Below are positions 18,801 to 24,142 of a stretch of DNA of 24,142 nt, piece by piece. The translations under genes were made by a program, and so were the position numbers. Source of the DNA: a virus (taxonomy: Duplodnaviria; Caudoviricetes). How positions within the stretch are numbered: position 1 is the first letter of the stretch; each line of letters begins with the position of its first letter. The stretch covers positions 1 through 24,142 of the IMG/VR virus record IMGVR_UViG_3300017764_000105, one strand, 5' to 3'. Below the pieces are notes generated by a model. That model was not told the DNA's origin and searched no databases. It saw only the letters and a list, made by a program, of their open reading frames with translations.

Positions 18801-21800
18801 CTCTTTGAGGGACTGAGTCTAAATTTATAGCATTAAAATTGGGGTTGGCATTTATTGCATTTGTAAGATCTTGACCTATTGAATTTACTGAACCTCCTCC
18901 TGTTAAAGTAAAAGTATGAGCAGTACCATCTGCTGATGTTAATATTACTGTTTCTCCATTATATAAACTATTATTTCCCCCAACTGTATTAGGAATAGTT
19001 ATTGTACCTACTGCTGTTGTTCCTGGAGAAACTGTTGTTGGAGTTACTATTGTTTTTATATTTACACAATCATCTGCTTTAAAACATTCTATAACAAATA
19101 AACCATAATCATTTATTCCTTTACATTGAAATTCCCCTAAATATAAAGGAATAGCTGACGGAGTTAGTGATTCAAAACTATATAAAGAGATATCTATATC
19201 AGTATATCCATTTGTTACGTCTGTAACAAAATCCATAAATTCTGCTTCATCCTGAAATAATCCATTATTTATTAGATTACCTGATCCATCTGCTGCTATT
19301 CCGTTTTCTATTAATGTTTTACTTGAACATGTATTAATACCAGGTATAACTGTTGTAATTGATGTTGAATTGTTTGTTCCTCCTCCTGCATTAAAATCTA
19401 CTTTTGTTAAAAATTCAACTTCAGGAAATTGTTGTGGGTTACCACAAGCTGGAGTTAATGTATCTTCAAATAATGTACCTTTTATTTCTGTATTACCATC
19501 TATACCTTGTAGATGTTGGGTTATCATTATTTCAATATCTAAATTGTATTTTTCATGAGCAGGATCATATAAATCTTCTCTTACAAAAACAGAAGCTGAA
19601 AATAATGTATGTGCGTCTATAGCTCCTGCTAGACTTTGAGCTGTTTCTAAACCACTTTCTCCATGTAATATAAAATCATAATTAGAAGTAAAAGTATGAA
19701 CAGATAAATCTGTGGCTGTTAATTCTACTGTTTTAGGAAAAGGTGCATTAAATAAATCTTTTACAGCTCCTATAGAAAATATTATTTTACCCTCTGATCT
19801 ATTTGGTTTACTTTCTACTGTTCCTGTGAATAAAGAAGAAGAAGATGCCCATGGTGCTTTTATGAAATATCCTTCTAAATCTGAACTTCCCGCTAGGGCT
19901 CTTGAGAATTTTTCATAATTAAATGTTTTATAAGTAGTTTCATCTGTTGTAGGTCCTCCATATTCTTTTATATTTAATATAGTTTCAGGAACCCCATAAC
20001 AATTCATAAGAGCTTTTATTCCTCTTTCTGTTCCTTTTGTTTTTAAAAGATAAGGTAAATTATGATATAATCTTTTCCAAACTTCTTTTGTAATATCTCC
20101 TTTAGGCATTGAACTACCTCCATTATCACATGTTACTAAAGAAGAAGTTATCATAGTTTGTCCTTCAGGGGCTTGATATGTCCCAAAAGAACCAGCCTTA
20201 TTTGCAGAAGTTCCTATTATATATTCAAATAATTCTTCATTTTCAAATTGATCAAAAGCTTTTATTCCTAAACTGCTTAAAGCAGTAAATACTAAATCTT
20301 TTGAAATACCTTTTTTAAGAGAACTATTAGCATTTCTAATTTCTGTAATGTGGTCTATATATAACCATATTTGGTCAAAATAATGACCAACCATATTTGT
20401 AAAGGTTACATAATTTTCATTTTCTTCTCTTTCGGCAATATGCTCAGGTATTGTTCTAATTAAACTATGTTTATTAGCTCCATCAAATCTAGAAGCAGAT
20501 AATATTTGTCCTCCATAATCTATATTTAATTCATTTGTACTTCCAAACCATTCAACTGCTTCTGAGGAAGTAGTAGGTCTTAAATTATAAGGTTTAAGAA
20601 ATACTTCACAGTCAGATAATCCTACTTGAAGCCAATAAGAATCTGGTTGTAAAGTAGAACCTGTTACTTGTAGAGTTCCTATACCAAAATCAGGTACTTT
20701 AGGCCATGCATATGGATGAAATTCATAATATAAAAATCTTTCATAATTATCAAAATTACTTTTTATTTTTGATATTTTAGATTCAATTAAATTTTTATTA
20801 CCTGTAACTGTAGCAGAACCTGATATACTACCTTGGATTGTATTTATTTCATCTATTTGTCTTTGGTATAATTCTAATAGTTCTAACTTATATTTAAAGT
20901 TTTTTAATCTTTCTTCAGCACTACCAAAATGTGTAAAATTTTCAAAATGGAATCCTGTTTCTAAAGATCCTGTAGATGTATTTGTATAATCTATAGATAA
21001 TTCTATACTCCCACTTAAATGATTTAATACTGTGTATAAAGAAGATGAATTTGTATTAGAGACAAAGTCATTAAAATTTTTATATTTAGAAGGTATAGAA
21101 TCATTTAAACGTGTATCTATTCTAAAATTAGGTCCTTTTATATCAATACCAAACTCTGGTAAATCAGGTTCCCCTAAATCTATAGAAAATTCTATTGGTT
21201 CTACTATATCTTCTACTATTCTAAACTTTTCACCTACTTCTAAGTCTAAAGGTAAAGGTTCATATAATTTAATACCTATTTCTCCCTCTTGGTATATAAT
21301 ATTTGTTGCTAAAACATTATTATTTTCTCCAAAATTTAAAGTAAAATCTCTAAAAAAATTAGTTGATGCTAATCCTCTTGTAAAATCACCAATATGTTTT
21401 TCTATATTAGCATTACCTATTTGGTCTGATATAAATTCACATTTTAATTCTAATTTAGAAGGAGATAGTTCTTTTATTATAAATACTTTATTTAAAGTAT
21501 CTATTATTTTTGCTCTTTGTAATCTATAAACAACTATATATTGACCTGTTGTGTAACCTAAGTCTCCTACTTTTTTATAAGGATCTACAAATATTGTATT
21601 AGTTAAAGTAGAAGCATCGCTTCCATCATCTTCTATATTTTCAGGAACAGTATATTCTAAATAATTTTCTATAGAAGTTATATGACGACCCCCCATATCA
21701 AACATATGGAATTCAACATAATCATTTTCTCTTCCAAATTTTCTACCTACATTAAGAGGATTTAAAGATTCTGCATCTATTTGAGATATTTTTGGAATTA

Positions 21801-21822
21801 TATTTTTATTATCTATACTCAT
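9847..21822 (-). CDS. Giant baseplate wedge-like protein (3991 aa) carrying a ~2,700 aa nested multi-domain adhesin-like insertion
   Basis: RLYHNLPYLLKTKGTERGIKALMNCYGVP...IKEYGG resembles the KGT motif of P2 gpI / T4 gp7-type wedge proteins. C-terminal LamG-like motifs (VEFRIKP, FWNIFI, YSGSLQEIKY) and QFVPAKANLKTGLLIEPH. The centre contains Cys-bracketed repeats plus VWA-like, PA14-like and CBM-like domains. Confidence 0.75.
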   Translation of the reverse strand: MSIDNKNIIPKISQIDAESLNPLNVGRKFGRENDYVEFHMFDMGGRHITSIENYLEYTVPENIEDDGSDASTLTNTIFVDPYKKVGDLGYTTGQYIVVYRLQRAKIIDTLNKVFIIKELSPSKLELKCEFISDQIGNANIEKHIGDFTRGLASTNFFRDFTLNFGENNNVLATNIIYQEGEIGIKLYEPLPLDLEVGEKFRIVEDIVEPIEFSIDLGEPDLPEFGIDIKGPNFRIDTRLNDSIPSKYKNFNDFVSNTNSSSLYTVLNHLSGSIELSIDYTNTSTGSLETGFHFENFTHFGSAEERLKNFKYKLELLELYQRQIDEINTIQGSISGSATVTGNKNLIESKISKIKSNFDNYERFLYYEFHPYAWPKVPDFGIGTLQVTGSTLQPDSYWLQVGLSDCEVFLKPYNLRPTTSSEAVEWFGSTNELNIDYGGQILSASRFDGANKHSLIRTIPEHIAEREENENYVTFTNMVGHYFDQIWLYIDHITEIRNANSSLKKGISKDLVFTALSSLGIKAFDQFENEELFEYIIGTSANKAGSFGTYQAPEGQTMITSSLVTCDNGGSSMPKGDITKEVWKRLYHNLPYLLKTKGTERGIKALMNCYGVPETILNIKEYGGPTTDETTYKTFNYEKFSRALAGSSDLEGYFIKAPWASSSSLFTGTVESKPNRSEGKIIFSIGAVKDLFNAPFPKTVELTATDLSVHTFTSNYDFILHGESGLETAQSLAGAIDAHTLFSASVFVREDLYDPAHEKYNLDIEIMITQHLQGIDGNTEIKGTLFEDTLTPACGNPQQFPEVEFLTKVDFNAGGGTNNSTSITTVIPGINTCSSKTLIENGIAADGSGNLINNGLFQDEAEFMDFVTDVTNGYTDIDISLYSFESLTPSAIPLYLGEFQCKGINDYGLFVIECFKADDCVNIKTIVTPTTVSPGTTAVGTITIPNTVGGNNSLYNGETVILTSADGTAHTFTLTGGGSVNSIGQDLTNAINANPNFNAINLDSVPQRDGYALEITTVVTGSNTNNPIQGSALNMGGDAAFMSITASGLIGGTDSTGGEIVTTSNNSCSAVLDFYVDGANLSFSVTTTQFTDYIVQGSTGDSTYDNYLAQAIPYAAGTHIYDGSAYVTSDGNAYNYGPTNSDYVFSHPNNQIFVTSTTIQASNKQGYLDPSEILNYCSSNCSDVSSTSDACYTNYTTFINALNADGIINSNIPGINVDTKWSELKASDIITHFPASSSCGCNEFTTGTITTSNVLTQLPTVNSSIPLGQGAQNSNYGKFGVKFYSDTTTTTTYNIDQSNTYFGGTSQNDGRLNNIGVWDGTNPWLGNNTLMNPTNQWIGFSKCINVPADGEYLIGLAGDNRIRFAVNGEMLIEKDTSSTSNFNYWWVYKVNLIAGDNTIVLEGKNDENVASFGCDIVGPFPIGTFNSDADFQNIDNNGITLNGITYTDLEDAYKNNIIFTSDPGPNQLTPYVDFTIGSGDTDYWQVDGPNQMTIKNNYPTSTNTNDPAYPNWRRWINSFHNLVIGCEYTINYTISNDGSNSSKGLLLFDRNPNNNWGGTTTTLGSCYIEEMFNGGTNCNNDTFNVTFTATDLHTPGVVDQGGVHFYSTLGTEQFDQADVTITINSITSTTCGGGEFNTQTNECPEGYLFNECTGLCEKTEITTTTGSCDGMVINPEGNGSFETSADFVDYFTDFDNGFYGQNIDDYYFESDEPLPWGTFVEDQCIGSNGLPIRRVVGFRKDQSILPLDTVLYTNYQTFVNQLNVDGHGIETPPTNFSNLTAALITGSFEGSCQHKTLITNPLTSDGSFPTPGSGNTGMVDFLEYYSEQTNNIQNIAVDGFKFPVDPDSLTQTFQETCPLDATIYCFYDGTSMTATVFQNVVETVENWVAEQGANFTGTVYHMVNSYERWLDCARLPFTNIGDHLQNGGFGSITTIHSDNDNISKQAGVSGYWNSNQSNITGGEKAFGGSHIWHKLVKNGTGNTRSKEIYQFVETGTIVIQGQVVPVKSVINDGNGMYDDEVPNSAGSFGGTSWTWRGPAPSLQNATDKALVFNFYDESSETSNSGKRQYHQSSTSTNPTFGNVGLTQAKIQDGTSQGQKDWRVDYELFIKTYFENIDRTANEYENQGDLINFMYPSAPEGLSLSDPSSNRYLGVDGTTVFQTTQLAFPLHVWSSILTGSAANPGMLETGHEYLSTTPPANNAIYLNALDSSGGSNTNPYAISSWQNETSFSPPTGYDPQYGYGGLQNYGWVVTSEAVQENAFTGIEFENALGKVLSETLCADYSVTQYTDPNICLDENGNMLFTVDEFFMNPSISSTSFSKYTDYITEGQNLGYALTLGDTRLESQIEGPIAVDECICADVCPNNLVLNNNTIISITGSSFDQGNEPFIVGDSLIQSNNSGCTLTVTSIDYTSNSIIVEVTNGILNFTDPLISTTTGIQYFPDSTTGEFTIPQPQGVFSNYNEYMQFISDSANGFAASNLNTLKFQLVDQSFQEITTEEEDCSVNADLYVFYDNTSMGNAAKVTAFNAVNDWVLDLQQNQGYNKTVYHIFATRERWLKWGTGMLEGFGDTTKYYNGGGNLSNAHYKIEPTLALMEADPTVNVYSGTWASSNTLSTLGPPTGDVLAICFIDESDNRYVNDWTEGPIGNLTTNPNVNTIDYLDPLFGDDEPKSTSFDSFQDDWTEYTTLYNNYTTGNVACFMYPTPNESAPKNFTSLYSQTILSALASITSGDNNDGRLANPPSTIMSFGVPGTVDTLNGGIYAGLVAPWGGTVTYNALKTTNPYFDQGFGELDKYGWGINVSFPNMSSTQLAVDLDEFVSTSDLCITETITEVEVNILCTGSTSTEINQYGLYTVEGFYQNALIDPSSTTNQYSSDSTFYGSWSTFLNQKIQEDGLTGIDFLNNNGASISTYTTWNQLSSSVATLSTPGVITTTTPGTPINIFDAQSQIFNNSAAGSNVIGNATQQLNWLIDNGHGQNLNGYYFTNDTLDETLAPYNNCTGENLPAGGGVYCFVTDFTFTSLPSLTFSSAGGTYTNWHTFIDTLNSLSFTTIPGTTVQNYTEPCNSGTWSNITGNTNETQSMFYEIFESTTSPAGTVASHTQWLIDNAPSQTAANYFFEDTTSPIAGHSCATNAQRYIKEFQLVCQSFLDTGTTQFAQNGYFGTIMTQPQNGTPNQASPTAQDWDGFLGHLNAACNAEGDANQFDNTMTLAQVLNTINTLESNHPRYEGTIVRYSIETKVETCPCNETTTGSTQQQVDIFTYQDDITDILNYFNSTLEITYSANIIVNYQAANCEDIPGDPIVTEETQSTAGNIPLYGQIDGGACVCIPETTGGESLDGDIEFESCICCPESSSIEVGCLVAGEVSSSRCECSADTYETIINFVSASTFDIIPSSSAKMVEFRIKPHRLDKPEYSSLEACCDPVITIPTASHLFSLYNESQPQTTPHLILRPYTGSDVSSSDDFRNFGSLDLYKNGSVVGSTDIFPVYNGAFWNIFIGTKGESGSNSEVYFGAYQSNFLGHVTHLTASATFSEYERAASFGDTAYNLANNTLPASTAYFCGVPTNSNTSGSVNSFTYSGSLQEIKYHVKDFLTHDTLTKHALDPFQYAGNTVSSSWENVHLRLPLGSNNKVDSASYNNNGLGIIQNFNPHPLFSLYESSSISSSITSQSFNEVYETHRHLTPDTVGISTTSEKVRIDSGSIDRSILSFDIKTETSTLDRQPLDYNDLGVFFSPQAEINEDIVYTLGAFRMDDYIGDPTHQSLAEYPDLEELKLKYFKKYLNSYRQNFFDYIKLIQYIDHTLFKMVEQFVPAKANLKTGLLIEPHYLERQKFARQIPTFERLEKEAHLLPYLDLEGEVKHYEACINISDKVNENYFPWMGALTASDNLYMSQSKYASDECNPYITLYDNFDPLYGNYVDCIVSKEYYYVSKPPQFNFGNDPTNPGINPTVGINPVNPSKGSGLGVSIKGTQTVSVQKSSTTTTSGGSGGSSYSS
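11713..19329 (-). repeat. Six diverged, nested protein-level repeats (hub modules R1-R6) within the 3991 aa ORF
   Basis: Recurring ordered motifs: opening C; (D/E)F.DY.(T/S)D..NG or QWLIDN; Y.F; mid C; V..F; YTNY.TF.N.L; closing G.(I/V)...CxC. Copies open at about 19329, 16824, 16452, 14742, 13020 and 12639. Confidence 0.75.
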
Positions 21823-21824
21823 AT

Positions 21825-23738
21825 TTATGTTAACGGTTTCAATTTATGTATTGATTTTCCTTCCCAAATTCTACTTTTTACTCCTGGATATTTACCTGGC
21901 ATAGGAGCCCATTCAAACTCTTTAAGTTTCCAATTAAATCTAGAATTTGGTTTAAAAGCTCCACCCATAAGTATAGGATTACTTAATCTTTGTTCATATA
22001 ATCTCCATTGACCTGTTTCTTTTCCTTTAACTACTTTATTTGCATTGTTTACTTTAAAGGTCCAATACCAATTACCACCTGAAGACTTAAATCCTAACAT
22101 CATTGCATCTATTGCTTCTTTATGGGTGTGGTTTTTAATTAATCCTGTTGGATTATTTACATACCTTCCTGGAGGGCTTTTTGGTTGTTCTTCAGCTCCA
22201 TAACCTGCTGCTTCTCCCATACCAGAAGCTGCTAAATAAGCCGCTGTATTATTACCTAAACCTGTTCCTGTATTATTAGTACTATTATCTACCTGTGTTT
22301 TTATTATTTCATTATTTGTTGATGCTTTATTTTCATCTAAAAACCTTGCAATTGTATTTTGTTTAGGACCAAGTTGAGCCATTTCGTCTTTAGTAAATGT
22401 ACTTCTAGCACTTTCTACACCTACTATTTCTTTTAATTTTTCAGTAGATATTTCTAAATTTTGTAAGTTTCCATCAGGATCTACTGATTCTAATATAGAT
22501 GTATATCTTAATATTTGTTTTCTTAATCTAGTTAATCTTCCCCCATATGCTCTTCTTTGTATTCTAGCTTCTTCTCTTTCACCTGTATCTGATAAGTTAG
22601 TAGAATCAAATTTATATCTAAAGAATAATTCTTGTAAATATTCTTCCTTAGCTAATAATTGTCTGGTTTCTCTATCTAATGCTACCAGATAATCTTCTAC
22701 AGTCGCATAATTAGAAGGATCTGCTTTAAAGTCATCTGGATCTAATTCTATTAATTTTTTCTCCTCTTCTTCTTTTCTTTTTTCTTCATCTCCATATAAA
22801 TCTTCAGATCTAAATTTAGGTCCTGTTTCTAAACCTTTAATAACATCTTCTGTTACTAGAATAATAACTTCTTCGTTTGGTTCTTCAACAGAATGACCAT
22901 TAACCCTTTTAAGTATATTAAATACTTCCATATTGTCAATAGCTCTTTTCTGACCTTTATCCATATAATAGACTGTAGCATTATCTGGGTGTTTAAGGAA
23001 AGAACCATTTTGACATATTGGGTGTTCTTTATCTGAAATATCCTTTTCTGCTAGTTCTTTTTCTAATTCTACTATTCTATTTGTTAAATCTATAACTTCT
23101 TGTTGAGAGGGATCTACATAATTAGTTAAGTATCCTGAGCTTTGTGCAATCAACATTGTATGTGAATTTTCTCCTTCTTTAGGTATATCATAAAATAAAC
23201 TTTGATAATTTTGAAAAAATTTAGGAACTGTTATTTGGTTTGCAGCTGTACTTTGAAAAAATTCTTCAAAATGGGTACTTACCATTTTTTTAAAATCAGA
23301 AGTTTTATACATAGGTTGTATAAGTTGGATTTTTTCTGGTACTCCTAATATTTTATGTTTATGTGAAAGACCACGTATATTATTTTCTACAACAACACCA
23401 TTAGGCCAAAATCCTACATAGTCATGAGTATGAGATATACCCCCATGACTATTATTTGCCCCTGAACCATCAAGATTCATTTGGGATTTTTGTAATTCAT
23501 CTGTTAATTCTGTGTCATTGTAAAAATCAGCTCCTATTAAATGAGGTAGTATTTCAACAGTATCATCTTCATATACTATAAATTCGTGTCTATGGGTTAA
23601 TTGTTCAAGATTTGAACCTAATGCGACTATTGAATTTAGTGTTTGAAGATTAGCAAAAGAAGTGTATCCCCTATGTTTTATTTTTTTCATAGTGGAAGTT
23701 TCACCTTGTTGTATTAATTTAGGATCAAATCTAGCCAT
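21825..23738 (-). CDS. Hypothetical, probably virion-associated protein (637 aa) with three HxH motifs and coiled coils
   Basis: Long ORF coupled to the upstream gene (TAATG overlap) and 2 nt from the downstream gene. HRH, HTH and HKH motifs; heptad-like EVIDLTNRIVELEKELAEK segment. Confidence 0.65.
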   Translation of the reverse strand: MARFDPKLIQQGETSTMKKIKHRGYTSFANLQTLNSIVALGSNLEQLTHRHEFIVYEDDTVEILPHLIGADFYNDTELTDELQKSQMNLDGSGANNSHGGISHTHDYVGFWPNGVVVENNIRGLSHKHKILGVPEKIQLIQPMYKTSDFKKMVSTHFEEFFQSTAANQITVPKFFQNYQSLFYDIPKEGENSHTMLIAQSSGYLTNYVDPSQQEVIDLTNRIVELEKELAEKDISDKEHPICQNGSFLKHPDNATVYYMDKGQKRAIDNMEVFNILKRVNGHSVEEPNEEVIILVTEDVIKGLETGPKFRSEDLYGDEEKRKEEEEKKLIELDPDDFKADPSNYATVEDYLVALDRETRQLLAKEEYLQELFFRYKFDSTNLSDTGEREEARIQRRAYGGRLTRLRKQILRYTSILESVDPDGNLQNLEISTEKLKEIVGVESARSTFTKDEMAQLGPKQNTIARFLDENKASTNNEIIKTQVDNSTNNTGTGLGNNTAAYLAASGMGEAAGYGAEEQPKSPPGRYVNNPTGLIKNHTHKEAIDAMMLGFKSSGGNWYWTFKVNNANKVVKGKETGQWRLYEQRLSNPILMGGAFKPNSRFNWKLKEFEWAPMPGKYPGVKSRIWEGKSIHKLKPLT

Positions 23739-24142
23739 TATCTAACAACTTTAAAATAATAATCTTCATCATAAATATTAATACCATCATTATTATCTAC
23801 TCTAAACATTAGTTTATAATAACGTTCTGGTTGTAATCCTTCCATAAATAAATCAAAATACATACCATCACTATCAGCACTTAATTTTGTATAATTTGTA
23901 TCAAAAGGGATTATTATTTCATCAGTTGTTGCATCACGTAAACCATAATAGCTAGTAGTAGGTAAATATTGTATATTTAAAAAATTTGAACTTGTTACAA
24001 AAGCTCTATCTGGATATCTTTTTCTTGTAGTTAATCTAAAACGTTGTTTTGATTTTCTTTGAAATTCTTCCTTATTATTATATAATGATAAAAATATATC
24101 TCCACTAGTTAAAGTAGTACCACTATGAGAATAAGATGAATC
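23738..24142 (-). CDS. C-terminal fragment of a putative virion structural protein; runs off the window edge
   Basis: Not in the ORF track. Open frame of 134 sense codons, DSSYSHSG...RFRLTTRKRYPDRAF...IIIPFDTNYTKLSADSDGMYFDLFMEGLQPERYYKLMFRV...YYFKVVR*, whose TAA overlaps the ATG of the 637 aa gene. Confidence 0.75.
   Translation of the reverse strand, partial: DSSYSHSGTTLTSGDIFLSLYNNKEEFQRKSKQRFRLTTRKRYPDRAFVTSSNFLNIQYLPTTSYYGLRDATTDEIIIPFDTNYTKLSADSDGMYFDLFMEGLQPERYYKLMFRVDNNDGINIYDEDYYFKVVR

Noticed and set aside
11640-19848. Intein or intron explanation for the giant insertion
   Set aside because: No intein C-terminal His-Asn followed by Cys/Ser/Thr at the boundary, no LAGLIDADG or HNH motifs seen, and the frame is uninterrupted. 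The content looks adhesin-like.
2149-21822. Diversity-generating retroelement or invertible tail-fibre cassette
   Set aside because: No reverse transcriptase or invertase in the window, and I saw no near-identical template/variable repeat pair or inverted cassette. The repeats are diverged and visible mainly at protein level.
17266-22011. Plus-strand ORFs 17266-17481, 19370-19558, 19404-19622, 19712-19918, 21032-21529 and 21781-22011
   Set aside because: All are antisense shadows of the 3991 and 637 aa genes, with no motifs or independent expression signals.
1-24142. CRISPR array, tRNA/rRNA, intrinsic terminators, stop-codon recoding
   Set aside because: Intergenic gaps are at most about 41 nt, with no regular repeat-spacer pattern or convincing GC hairpin. 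Very long ORFs under the standard code give no sign of recoding.

Overview
AT-rich, densely coding window with all credible genes on the minus strand. It most likely comes from a large tailed phage; a contractile tail and a Bacteroidota host are inferred from P2 gpI/gpH-like motifs and A-rich starts lacking Shine-Dalgarno sites. In transcription order it holds a virion/baseplate module (partial ORF, then 637, 3991, 1076, 230, 357 and 867 aa), a stand-alone GIY-YIG nuclease, a 209 aa hypothetical, a DnaG-type primase and the start of a HIGH-motif nucleotidyltransferase. The most striking feature is the 3991 aa baseplate-like protein. About 2,700 aa appear inserted into one loop and are organised as nested 'Russian-doll' domains: six copies of a Cys-bracketed hub module carry VWA-like, PA14-like, CBM-like and sheath/flagellin-insert-like domains, and their CxC ends close in last-in-first-out order. 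Related modules recur in the 867 and 1076 aa proteins. A 17-bp upstream motif (candidate late promoter) occurs twice identically and once as a variant. All family assignments come from motif recognition by eye; no database searches were run.
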